Positions 20,624 to 32,500 of a stretch of DNA of 64,000 nucleotides are shown here, in pieces; the first letter of the stretch is position 1; each line of letters opens with the position of its first letter. The DNA is from Rhynchopus sp. YZ270_cl-10 (taxonomy: Eukaryota): NCBI GenBank assembly GCA_964035575.1, contig OZ037835.1, positions 744,001 through 808,000 of the forward strand. Direction: 5' to 3'. The notes beneath the pieces are model-generated. The model saw nothing but the letters and a program-made list of their open reading frames with translations, was not told the origin of the DNA and ran no database searches. A program made the position numbers and the translations under genes.

Positions 20624-23600
20624 TCACTCCTCACTCGAAAAAAGAATCCGTCTCGCAAGTTCAGGTTCCACAGCATCAGCATTGCGACAGCCAAATGCAC
20701 GTGGAACTGTTGGAGGGACACCGATCACTCTTTTCAGCCGCAACCCATCAATCGTCCCGTCTTCCCCAGTGCAGATGGTCCACACACGTACAGTCTTGTC
20801 GTCGCAATCACAGAATACTTCGCGTCCATCGGGGCTCACAGCAAGACTGCGCAAATGATGCAACGACCCATAGGGGCACTCAGCAATACTAGACGAAGAA
20901 CAATGCCCTTGAATCCCTGCCACCTGCTCACCAGTGGTCATGCTCCACACACGCACATACGTAGTACCGCCATCAGTGCACGACACCACGTGACCTCCAT
21001 CAGGTGTGATTGCCATTCCGCTCAGCCTGCCAGATTGCTGCCAGTTGAAGACCTCCTTCCCGCTGCCAGCATCCCACACACGCACAGCTTCCTTACAGTA
21101 TGCAACAACACGAGACCCATCGGGAGTCACAGCCACACCTCGGACATGAGAAGTAAGCCCTTTGAACACTATCGTCTCTTCTCCAGTGTGCAGTTTCCAC
21201 ATGCGTACGGTCTTGTCAGCAGAGCACGAAACCACATGCACTCCATCAGGACACACTACCACTCCATAGGCAGAGCGTGTGTGTCCTGTAAATACTGCCA
21301 CCTCCTTCCCAGTCGTCAGGTTCCATACAGAAACACTAGAGAACGTCTCAGAACACATCGCAATGTGAGATGCATCGGGAGACACTGACGCGGACGCCGG
21401 TCCACGGCCTCTCAAGAACAGCGCAAACTCAACGGAAGCTGGGCATAACGTCACTTCTTTCCCCGTCGCAACGTTCCACACATGCACTTCGCTAGCGTAG
21501 AAGGAAGAGGAATCAACGAAATAATATCCATCTGGGAACACCGTCACAGCAAAACGTTTATGTGTGTCTGGTTCATACTCACAGCATGAAACAACGTGGC
21601 ATCCATCGGGAGTGACTGCAAGTGTATGCCAATCCTCCTCAGAGCAAGGCAACTGCCTCTCCTGCTTCCCCGTCACCAGATCCCATACGCACAGCACCTC
21701 CTCAGAGCATGTCACAATGTGACTTCCATCCTTCGTAAGAACCATGCTGTAAATGCCGGGAAAATTTATAGACAGCACTTCCTTCCCCGTCGAGAGATCC
21801 CACACACGGATGCCGTCCTTATGAGAAGATGAAACAACTTTATAACTGTCGGGAGTGACTGCCACTTCGGTCACATCGTTATGTCCCTCCAAGACGAACA
21901 CTGCCTCCCCAGTGTGCATATCCCACACACGCACAGTATTGTCAGCAGAGCAGGAAACTATGCGCTTTCCATCTGGTGTCATTGCTACTGCAAATACACG
22001 AGTCTCATCGCTGTAAGTCCTATGCCCTTCCAAGACCATCACTTCTTCACCAGAAGACATGCTCCACACATGAATGGTTCCATCAGAGCAACCTGTCACC
22101 ATTTGACAGCCATCAGGTGCCACTGCTACAACAAGGGCACAATGCTGCAGTACAGGAAGTGATACGCCAAATGAGCAGTCAGGCAGCATCGTGCCACCCA
22201 TGTCGCAGGTGTTGAACTCAGTGTACTCCAGCCAGCAGTTCGAGAAGGAAGCGCCCGTCAGCGCCGTCTCCACAAACAGAGACCCGCGCAGGTCGCAGTT
22301 CGACACACGGATCCCGCTCAGGTCCTCCCCACTCACAGGGATGCGTGCACGTGCCAGCAGTGCTGCTGCATTCGACCCTGCTGTCACAGCACCCTCCCCA
22401 CCACCATCTTCACCTGCACCTGAACTGCCACGTGTCGCCTTCACAGCCGCAAGCAGCTCTGTGCAGGCACGTTCGTACAGCACACTGTCTCCACACACCA
22501 GTGCCGCAAAGAACCCAAGCACACGCTGCGAGTCCTTGCTGAAGCTCCGCTGCACCAGCGTCCCCAGTGTCCCTGCTGGGTCACGTGCAAGCCGCCGTGC
22601 TGCAAGGTGCTCCCCAAGCGACTTGTGCCGGAACGTGAACGCACTCCGCTCCTCCCCAAAGTCCTCAATCCGGAACGGCAGGCAGCGGAAGCACGTATCC
22701 CGCACAGCCTCACACACACCGTGCTGCGAATCAAGAATCTGCGACGCCACACCCACAGTCCCCTGCCACTCGTTTGTCTCCAGCATCCTGCATGCAACAA
22801 GCTCCCCTGCACGCACCACATCCTCCAAAGACACATCCGAAACAGCAACAGCAACTCCACCAGACGCCATCTCCTTCTTCGTCCACGTCTCCAGGTAGGC
22901 CTCGTAGATCACCTCCTCAGAAGCCTTCCCGCTGCACTGTGCGTGGCACGCCATGTGAAGCAAAAACGGGTTCCGCAGCTGCACAAGTCCCTCAACGTCC
23001 TCCTCACGCACGAAGACTGTGCGCTCTCCATCCTTCTCCTTCTCCTTCTCCTTCCCCTCTTTGTGTTCCTTCTCCCAGGCTGTGTTTGCACGCTCAATGT
23101 ACGTTCTCGCATCCACCTCTGTGAACGGCTGCATGTACACAGCACGCACACCAGCACCACACACACCAGACGGAGACGTGTCCACACCCTTCAGGTACTC
23201 ACCACGCACAGTCACAATAACGCTGCAGTGTGCCTCCACCCACGGATGCCGGCACAGAAGGCCACCCTCAGCCACCACAGCACCCACATCCTCCTGCGTC
23301 AGCCCCACCTCGTCCAGCGAGTCCAGCACCAGCACCACCTCGTACGTCTCCGCAAGGAACGCACGGTCCGCCTCCCGCAGCGCAAACGACTCCAGTACAA
23401 ACCTGTCCAGCCCTCCCTTCTCAAGCAGGTGCTGCTTCACAGTCGGCAGCGCCACAAACACAGGGAAGTACGGCTTCGCATCCGCATCCGCATCCGCATC
23501 CGCATCCGCATCCGCATCCGCATCCGCATCCGCATCCGCATCCGCATCCGCATCCGCATCCGCATCCGCATCCGCATCCGCATCCGCATCCGCATCCGCA

Positions 23601-25915
23601 TCCGCATCCGCATCCGCATCCGCATCCGCATCCGCATCCGCATCCGCATCCGCATCCGCATCCGCATCCGCATCCGCATCCGCATCCGCATCCGCATCCG
23701 CATCCGCATCCGCATCCGCATCCGCATCCGCATCCGCATCCGCATCCGCATCCGCATCCGCATCCGCATCCGCATCCGCATCCGCATCCGCATCCGCATC
23801 CGCATCCGCATCCGCATCCGCATCCGCATCCGCATCCGCATCCGCATCCGCATCCGCATCCGCATCCGCATCCGCATCCGCATCCGCATCCGCATCCGCA
23901 TCCGCATCCGCATCCGCATCCGCATCCGCATCCGCATCCGCATCCGCAGTCACATCACTCACCACGCTGTTTCTGTTTCTGTTCCTGTTTGTGTCTTCGT
24001 TGCTGGTGCTTTCGCTCTTCCTCGCAGACGTTGCAAGGTCGCTCAGAATTGCAATCGAAGCAGACGTCTTCCCGCTCCCTCCTTCTCCGATCACACACAG
24101 CACACCACACGTCCCTTGTCTTTCTTCTCTCGCATCCACATCAGGCTTGTGCTCTGTGCCTCCTGCTGCCTGTGTGCCCACGGAAGACGTCGGCCTCCTA
24201 CGTGTACGTGCACGAAGCCACCCCCGCACCTCCTCCATCAGCGGACGTGTCTCCGACTCATCCACACGTGTGTCGTCCCCCACACGCCCCTCCACGTACT
24301 GCGCAAGGTAGTCCTTGAAGAACGCGACTGTGTGTCCCATCACCTCCTGCAGCGCACCCACCTGCTCAGCCGCACTCGTTTCCGCCACACCCTCACCCAC
24401 ACCAGCACACACCTCCTGCATCACAATCACGTCAAAGCGCAGCCCCATCATCCGCAGCAACGTCGGCGAAAGCTTCCACTGCACCCGGTACTCGATGTTC
24501 GCTGTGTACAGCAGCTCGTCCTCCGAAGCATACACAGACGAGAACTTCACGTCTGCAGCACCCTCCTTCGCCACCACCACAAAGAACGTCCCACCCTTCC
24601 CGTACATGAAGCTCCGAGCCACATCCCGCTTCAGTGTTGTCGACGTGAAGCAGTTCCACACAATGTGCGTATTAAGAGCGTACTTCGCAGACACGTTCAC
24701 ATTGATCCCGCGGAACACAGTCCGCAGCTGCTTCCGACGGCTCCCAATCAGCCGGTCCAGACCACGGATCAGCGGCGCAAAGGTCGCAATCACGTGCAGC
24801 TGCGGGGGTGCGGGTGACAGCTCAAACACGTTCGGTGCTGTCTTCTCAGGTGTCCCCTTCCACTCCTTCACCGCAGCCAGCTGCCCCACAGCACGCATCG
24901 CAGTGTTCATCGTCATGTACAGCGCAAGCGACTGTGATTCCACATCAGCAGCACTCCCGTGGTTGTCCAGCACAGCCCGCTCCGTCAGTCTGATGTACCG
25001 CAGCTTCCCGTCAGGCCCTTTCGCAATCTGCGGTGTCCCGTCCTCGTCACACACAACATCCCCGCCGCTGTCCAGCACATACTCCACACAGTCAGACGTG
25101 AACAGGAACCCCGACAGCAGCAGCTCAAACGGGTCGCGTGCCGCCATCCAGTCCTCCACCTCCACGTGCCCACCACGTGTCCCCGCAGCCTCCCTCCGTC
25201 CTCTCATGTCCTCCAGCAGACGCTTGCACACCACACGGAACCCCGCCTCCATGTGCCGCACGTGTTCGTCTGTGTAGCCCAACGGCGGATCCACCTTTGG
25301 CAGACCACGCAGCCAGCACAGCAGGTCTTCACCTCCATTGCTGTCCTTGTTGTTGTCGTCTGTTTTCCGCAGCCACTCCACCTTCCGTCCGTCTGTGTGC
25401 CGCAGTGCACCCGTGTCCCCGTCAAGATCGTCCTCTCCCAGATGTCTGTCACCTGTCGAGGTGTTCGTGTCTTTCGCCATGTCCATGTGAGGGTCAGTAA
25501 GAGGTGCTGTCGTTGCATCTCCACTGCTCCGTTCCACTGCCACACCTGTTAATCCTGTTCTTGTTGCTGTTGTTGTTGTGGCGACACCGTCAGTGAGGTA
25601 CACGTGCACAGCATCCTCCACCTCCACAAGGATCTGTGCTGCATGCACCCCCAGCTCCGCCTCAAGTCGCCCCCGCACATCCGCGTCCCTGTGCTGCAGT
25701 GCGTACCACAGCGGCACCTTCCCGTCCCTGTCACGCACGTTCCCTGCCCCGTTCTCCACAAGAAACCGCACTGCCTCCACGTCCCCCGCAAGCACGGCAC
25801 TGTGCAGCATTGTCCTCCCGTCCACGCTATCCACTGCGTCCACGGGCCTCTCCTTCCCAGTAATTCGTTTTGCAATCTCGTCCTTTTCAGGCAGGTTCGA
25901 CGCTCCGGATCCCAT
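20624..25915 (-). CDS. NLR-like ANK-ART-NACHT-pentapeptide-WD40 protein copy C (1763 aa) with poly(Asp-Ala) expansion
   Basis: Same motifs as copies A and B; long in-frame (AD)n tract between Walker A and Walker B. Confidence 0.88.
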   Translation of the reverse strand: MGSGASNLPEKDEIAKRITGKERPVDAVDSVDGRTMLHSAVLAGDVEAVRFLVENGAGNVRDRDGKVPLWYALQHRDADVRGRLEAELGVHAAQILVEVEDAVHVYLTDGVATTTTATRTGLTGVAVERSSGDATTAPLTDPHMDMAKDTNTSTGDRHLGEDDLDGDTGALRHTDGRKVEWLRKTDDNNKDSNGGEDLLCWLRGLPKVDPPLGYTDEHVRHMEAGFRVVCKRLLEDMRGRREAAGTRGGHVEVEDWMAARDPFELLLSGFLFTSDCVEYVLDSGGDVVCDEDGTPQIAKGPDGKLRYIRLTERAVLDNHGSAADVESQSLALYMTMNTAMRAVGQLAAVKEWKGTPEKTAPNVFELSPAPPQLHVIATFAPLIRGLDRLIGSRRKQLRTVFRGINVNVSAKYALNTHIVWNCFTSTTLKRDVARSFMYGKGGTFFVVVAKEGAADVKFSSVYASEDELLYTANIEYRVQWKLSPTLLRMMGLRFDVIVMQEVCAGVGEGVAETSAAEQVGALQEVMGHTVAFFKDYLAQYVEGRVGDDTRVDESETRPLMEEVRGWLRARTRRRPTSSVGTQAAGGTEHKPDVDAREERQGTCGVLCVIGEGGSGKTSASIAILSDLATSARKSESTSNEDTNRNRNRNSVVSDVTADADADADADADADADADADADADADADADADADADADADADADADADADADADADADADADADADADADADADADADADADADADADADADADADADADADADADADADADADADADADADADADADADADADADADADADADADADADADADADAKPYFPVFVALPTVKQHLLEKGGLDRFVLESFALREADRAFLAETYEVVLVLDSLDEVGLTQEDVGAVVAEGGLLCRHPWVEAHCSVIVTVRGEYLKGVDTSPSGVCGAGVRAVYMQPFTEVDARTYIERANTAWEKEHKEGKEKEKEKDGERTVFVREEDVEGLVQLRNPFLLHMACHAQCSGKASEEVIYEAYLETWTKKEMASGGVAVAVSDVSLEDVVRAGELVACRMLETNEWQGTVGVASQILDSQHGVCEAVRDTCFRCLPFRIEDFGEERSAFTFRHKSLGEHLAARRLARDPAGTLGTLVQRSFSKDSQRVLGFFAALVCGDSVLYERACTELLAAVKATRGSSGAGEDGGGEGAVTAGSNAAALLARARIPVSGEDLSGIRVSNCDLRGSLFVETALTGASFSNCWLEYTEFNTCDMGGTMLPDCSFGVSLPVLQHCALVVAVAPDGCQMVTGCSDGTIHVWSMSSGEEVMVLEGHRTYSDETRVFAVAMTPDGKRIVSCSADNTVRVWDMHTGEAVFVLEGHNDVTEVAVTPDSYKVVSSSHKDGIRVWDLSTGKEVLSINFPGIYSMVLTKDGSHIVTCSEEVLCVWDLVTGKQERQLPCSEEDWHTLAVTPDGCHVVSCCEYEPDTHKRFAVTVFPDGYYFVDSSSFYASEVHVWNVATGKEVTLCPASVEFALFLRGRGPASASVSPDASHIAMCSETFSSVSVWNLTTGKEVAVFTGHTRSAYGVVVCPDGVHVVSCSADKTVRMWKLHTGEETIVFKGLTSHVRGVAVTPDGSRVVAYCKEAVRVWDAGSGKEVFNWQQSGRLSGMAITPDGGHVVSCTDGGTTYVRVWSMTTGEQVAGIQGHCSSSSIAECPYGSLHHLRSLAVSPDGREVFCDCDDKTVRVWTICTGEDGTIDGLRLKRVIGVPPTVPRAFGCRNADAVEPELARRILFSSEE
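23478..23945. repeat. (GCATCC)n coding microsatellite, ~78 units
   Basis: Perfect hexamer run of 468 bp; only 2 units at the homologous site in copies A and B. Confidence 0.95.
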
Positions 25916-26572
25916 CTTCCTGATGTGTTGTGTGACTATTCACAGAAGTTGCTGTGTTGTCCCTGTTCGTGTGTTGTGTTGTGGTGAGGTGATGTGTTCA
26001 GCAGCACCCAAGCAGAGAGTCCTGCATGCAAAACGCATCACCCTCCCCACCCTTCCTGGTAACGGCACGTACACGACCCTCCACACACCGTGCAGACACC
26101 ACCTCTCCACTGGTCGCCAGCACCTCCTCGGTAGTGCTCCACCTGTCAAGGACGCGGAAAAATCCCACCCCAAATATTCTCATTTTTAATGTTGATGGTG
26201 CTGTGCACAGTGTACCTGAGCCAGTCCACGCAAATGTGCTTTGCTGCTCTTCGTGTTGTGATGTGTGCGTAGAACAGTGTTCCTCCTTCTCCAGCCAATG
26301 TGCACGTAAGTGCAAAGCATCGCAAGATGAAAAAGGAACAACGAAAAAGGTGGTTAAGATGAACCTAAGCCTTTTGTGCTTCGTCAACATGAAGAATATT
26401 AGCAGTCCCAAAGAAAGCAACAAAACAGTTATGCCAAATACTGCGAGGCTAGCAGGTTACAAAAGACAACAAGGTTGCAGACACGTACATGCACTGCACA
26501 CACACACACACACCCAACCAAGACTCCCATCCAATAAACCATATATTTTCAAAAAATACAAAGACCCCTTCT

Positions 26573-29500
26573 TCACAACACCACCGACACCAACACCAAC
26601 ACAACACTGACGGCCCAGCGCACCCCCAACACCACACCACCCTCCCCAAGCAATATCGTCTCCTCAATCCAGGAAAGCGGGGATCGGGTACCTCGGGTGA
26701 CCGGACCGTTAGTGGGGACTGCTGTCGGGGCAAGTGTAGTAGGGGGTGCAGGGGTGAGAATGGGAACAGGTGTCGGAGGCAGTGCGGGTGCGGCAGTGGG
26801 TGGGGCTGGGGTGGGAGGTGAACCGGTTGCAGCAGGCACCAAGATGACGGCCTGCGCGAAGGGCGAACCTTCCCAGCCTTTCAGCACACCAGAGGGGCTC
26901 TGCAGATCGGCAACAATGGTGGCTGCCACCTCGACCGCAAAGGCAGCAGGGTCCACATCTACGGCGGCCTCTATTTCGAACTCCGTCATGAGCTCGAAGC
27001 CCGTCGACATCACGAAGACATCCCTCACCGCGACTGTGGTTGTGCTGTTCTGCGTACAGTTGCTGCAAGGCTGCGGGGTCGCCATCGTAGGCGTCGGCGT
27101 CGCTGCCAGCATATCCGTGCAAATGTCGTTCCGTGCCTTATCTGCCGCTGTGATGTCACCCCCACCCAATTTGATGCAAACCCATGTTAGTATCACCTTC
27201 GACACCACCGGGTTCTTTTCTTGTAGTGTGCGTAAGAGGGCAGCCTCGGTGCTGCCACGTGTTATTGTGCGCATGAAGGAGATGGCGGTTGCGACGTCGG
27301 AGAAGCGGGCCAGAGAGAGGCTCGGGAGGGTGATGACGCGGGGCTGTGCGATGGGGGGTGTGTATCCTGCAGGGCCTTTGACGGGGAAGTCGAGGAAGGA
27401 ACGGATTGGCGGGTTGGCAGTTGTGTTGCGTACTGTGATGCGCATCATCGCGCAGGCTGAGGAGACCTGGAAGGGGCCCATCACGCCACGTCCTTGCCGC
27501 ATGGGGTACGCAGGGATGTTCACGTAGCTCTGCCTCCCGCTGTTGCTGTTGTTGTACGAAAGATATGCAGTCGTAAAGGGGTGCAAACAACGACCAGAAA
27601 CACTGAGAAACCCATCATAACTGTGCACCAACCTCCCCTCCACAGTGCGCGCCGCAAGCATCACTTCAAATGCAGTGTCCGGCTCGATAAATGAATCATA
27701 AATGCATGTATATTGATTGCACGACCACCCCGAGGGAGGGCGCAGGTAGACTACTTGGTCACCTAAAAGCTCAAACAGAAAGACACGTTGTGATGCGGCA
27801 AAGCTGTCTGATGTCACATCCCATTTAGGGAGGTTCGCGACCACGGAGAAGCGTTGCCGGTAATGAGCGACGGCGAGCACATCATGCGCTTGCCCTGCCG
27901 ACAGAGGCAGCCATGTTTCCGGACAGCTCTTCAGCTCCATCCTTGGTGTTGTCGCACACATGTCCCCACCGCTGCACAGCCTCCCGCACGGTATCCCATG
28001 CAGGCCACGCACCTCTATCTCAGCACCGTCTCCATCTTCAGGGTGCGACACCACATCCCCATCCACACCGACTGCAACATAACGCACATCAACCGTCTTC
28101 CCCAACCCCCACGCTGCGTTATCCCCAGGACGCAACGTCACCCACCCCGCAGCACGCAGACCCTCCACGGTGTTGTGTCCTACGCCACCCTGTGCGCACT
28201 GTGGGAGAACGGAGGCCCAGCGGTGTGTTGTGGTGTTCACACAAGGTGGCGCGATTTTTGCGAACGCTTCAATCCGCGTTGCACGTCTGACGAAGAAAAG
28301 CGGCCCGATGCCTTTCACGCTGCCCATAGGCTCCGTGGTTCTTGCCCCAAGACTGCCGATGACAGAGTGTGCTGTGACATTGAACACCCATGGTGTGTGC
28401 GTGCATGATGTGGTTCCGTTGCTACAGATGCGGGTTGTGTGATTGGATGTGATGTGGAAGACAGCGACACCCTCCGTGGCCGTCACCACCGAGGTCACAA
28501 CAGCGCCCCCTACACCCCTCCTCCCAGAGAGCGTGAACACCATGTGGCTGTCACCCACGATGCGCACCCCGGTGGTGTCGATCACCTCGAAGGACAGTGC
28601 GCTGCCTATCCCGGCTATTGCTGCAGGGGACCCAGAGAGGGTGTGCGCAAAGAGACGGGAGAAGGGTGTGTCGTTGGAGCCGAAGATTTGCATTCCAGAA
28701 GGGACGGTGACGTGGATGTTCAGTGTAGACCGCATGTCGGTGGTCGTGTCTGCAGTGCTTGTGGCAAACCCTGACAGCGCCCCCGCCTTCACCACACACA
28801 GCCCCGTCTGTGGGAACAGCCCTGTGATTTCCACGATGTCTCCTGTTGCAGAAACCTTGCGGACTGCACAGGTTGCGTTGCTGCCGCTGCAGGTAAAGCA
28901 GCCGAGGGGGGCAAACAATGTTGCAGACATCGTGACAAAGGCGTTCGTCCACGCAACACCCAGACCGGAGTACCGTAGTGTCCCATCCCACGCTTTCAGG
29001 CGGAGCTGCACCGTCCGGTTTGCGACGCTCTGTGCGTTGTGCTCTGCCAACCCGGTGCCTGCGACCTTCAGGGTGGTGGAGTTCTCCCAGCGCCACACCG
29101 AGAGCACCGTCGGTGTGTACGTTACTGTCAAATTCTGCGCCACCGCGTCTCTCAGTGCTGCCGGTGGTGCCACTGTTGCTGTGCAGGTACACGGTGATGA
29201 GGAGGTGACGCTCTTCAGGCGAAGCACAAACTTCGCAACACCGTCGACATAATCTGCTCCAGAAGATACCTCTGCAAGACAACCCGCCTCGCACGACACT
29301 GTAGCAGACGACCTGCCGCTCACATGAGACACAACCCAATTCACGCAGGAGCCCCCCAAGCTGCACCCCACAGCATAGGTCTTGAATGTGCACGGTGCAT
29401 CCCCTAACGCCATTCCTGCAGAACGGCACCCAGGAGCGCTGTCCGCAGGTCTGTCGATAGCCATGCGGATCGCAGTGAGGCTGTGGTGGACCACTCCGGG

Positions 29501-32500
29501 TCCTGCCACACCGAAGACGCTTTGTGCATTGGGGGCGTTGGTGATCGAGAAATGGAGTGCCAAATGAGTTGCCGGCTGTGTGAGGGTGATGCGCACCGTA
29601 TCCACCGCAGCACCGTTGAAGACAGAGACATTTGCCAGCACGCCTGCAGCGCTGCCGTAAGAGAGGCTGCCCAGCTGATGCACCACATCGTCCATTCTCG
29701 CAGACGGCGCCTGCAGCGAATGCGCCACTACAGTAAGCGTCTCTGCTTGATACACCGTTGGCCGCGGGTTGTACACATGACGCATGGCGCCTGCAGTGGG
29801 CCCTCCTGTGCTGTAAGCTTTGTCGCCCAGCTCATCAGCAGCATACACATCATATGACCATGACCGTGGAGTGCCGTTGCGGTACATCTGTGTGGCAACA
29901 TCGCGTAGAGGAAGCGCCACCACCTGAGTGGCGTTGGTGAGCACAGTGATGTGTGTTGTCTTGTCTGCAAAGGTGAGGGGGCAAAAATAGCAGGCGCGGC
30001 TGAACACCCCGCATATGGTGCTGCTTCCGTTGCGTTCTGGCGCAGTGTGGAAAGGTGTTGATGTGATCTTCAACGCAGGGCTTCCTTGAAAGGGCACAGC
30101 GGCACTGCCTTGCCAGGTGGGGGTACCAAATTGGTCCACCCTGAGTGATGTCAAAGAAAAGTGTTTCCGCCGTGGAACCGAAACCAAGGGAACATTCGCG
30201 ATGACAGTGCCGACACTGCAGGACCGTACTGCAAAGCTCAGTGGCGTTGTTGTGTCCAGAAGCGGGTCGAAGCTGCGCAGTGCAAAACTCCCAGAGGATG
30301 CACGCATTGCAACCTCATGAGCAGGAGGCGTCAGTTTGTAGTCTACCCACACCTCGCAGTGTGCACAGGACCGTACAAAGAAGAACGTCACCCTCCCGTC
30401 CGCTCCGATCCGCACTGAAGCGCGGGAACGTGCCCCATCGTACTGCACCTGGGTGACGCCGGCCGATGCTGTGCATCCCACTGCCTGCCCCGCACCACTG
30501 TTCATAAAGGCCCCTCTGCCGTAGCGGTTGGGACCATCAGATGAAAGGGATTTGGAGCGTACCCACAGCTCGGTGGCCCAGCCGGATCCGATTGTGGCGT
30601 CGAAGGTCCATCGGTTTGCTTGGAGTTGCGCGCTGGAAACGCGGAGTTCGAACATTTCTCCAATATACGTCGCACCCTGCGGAACCACTTGAGAACGGAT
30701 TTCAACAACATCAAGGGTCTGCCGCGTCACCGAAAACGGCTTCGTCAGCTTCGTCCTCTCTGTGAACACCAACTCATCCGAAGCATCGCCCGACCCATTG
30801 TGCAGCCCCTCCATGCAGGTCCCACCATCCTTCCCTGCATAGCACAGTTCTAATTGCAGGACACATGCTTCGCATTCTGAGGAAAGGGTGACCCATGGTA
30901 TGGCTACCCCTGCAGTGGAGCGTACAGTGTTGTCTGGGGAAGGGACCCATCCGTTCTCTAATCGCGATGTGGAGAAGGTGTGCGGGGCGAGGGAAGAGAC
31001 CTGGAGAACGCCGCCGTCGTTGCAGCCGTGCCAGCTGTGTTTCGAAACCTTCACCAAAACGTCGGTGAAGGAGCTGGCACGCCGTCTCTCTGAGTTATAC
31101 ACTGTGGTCTGGATTGGGAAGGGTAGCGCAATGGTTGCACGCTCCCGGTAGCTCCACGACTCTGCAGGGATTCCTCTAAGCATCATACGATACCCAGGCG
31201 CACTGCGAGATGCCTGCCGCATCGCCCGATGTGGGTGGCACACCTCATCCTCAGAAACCCGATCGTTCACCTCCCAGGTTGCGTAGACCTCTGGTCGATC
31301 CTTCCAAGTGTACTGCCGTGCGGACCCTGTTGTTGCAATAAAAGGTCCGTGGCTGACTGCGACGGCGGTTCCTTTCATGGTAACGTTCACAACCAGATTT
31401 TTTGCGTAAAATGCGAATCTGCCAATATGAGAGTACAGCGAAGAGCTGACGTTGTTATTCTGTGAGCTCGTCTGCAGCATGGTGACCCATCCTGCACTGT
31501 CGTTCAACAGAACCAACCCTTCTGCGGAGAGTGTGTAGAGCACCTCAGTATCGTAGACAAGAAACCTTTTCTGCGAGGCCGCCCCCACAGAGTAGTATGC
31601 AGCAAGCTCAAAGACGCTTTGGTCTCCGGATCCACAGAGGGGTGTTCCTCTGTTGATGGTTGTGGTGGGAGGGAGGGTGATGAATGCAACTGAGAGGGGT
31701 TGCACCGTGGAGCGCACCCATAAGCGGATCAGAGGTGTGCACATGGCAGGGAGAAGCACTTCACGGCCGTTTTGAAACACCGTTTCGCAGAACTGAAACC
31801 GCGCATCGCGTGTTGGTTCCTGCACTGCAGCGTCCTCGTAGGAGAGTCGTATGGTCGCTACGCCACGCCCTGCGACAGCGTTGATATCTGCCACAGCCTT
31901 TTCTCTTCCAATCGTTGCTTGAAGGTTTCCAAAGGAATAGGTATATCCATCTCTGACAAACTCTTTTGAATATGATTGGAGAGAAACATCAGCACGCCAT
32001 GTGGTGATAGCGGAGAGATACCGCCAGGTGGTCGGAACAGAGGCATTTCCGGTACTGAGGGTCACATTGCGTGGGGTGGTGTCGAGGGAAGTGCCAAAAG
32101 GGGATTCGTGAAGAAACTGGAGGGTCACAGAGATGGAGAGGGAGGCGCTGTCGGCAATGAATTTGGTGCATGGGGGTGAGGTGCAGAAGGGGGTGGCGCC
32201 GGAGACGGAGAGGATTTCAACTTTGCGGTTGGGTGCTGTGGTGTACGGCTCTGCTTTGACAGTGGAGATGCACCGATGAGGGACCACTGCTGATACAACC
32301 GACCCCACCGCGCTGTCCACCCCACTCCGGTACTCGAATCCTATTGCCTCAAAAAGGATTTGGTGTGTCCCGATCACGGCCTCCAGGTTTCCATCATAGA
32401 TCTCAAGATTTTTGAATTTCGCAACCCCCTGCTTCATTTGCCCCTGCACCATTGGCATAGCGAAGGACGCATTTACAGTCACCCACCATTGCGGGTATTT

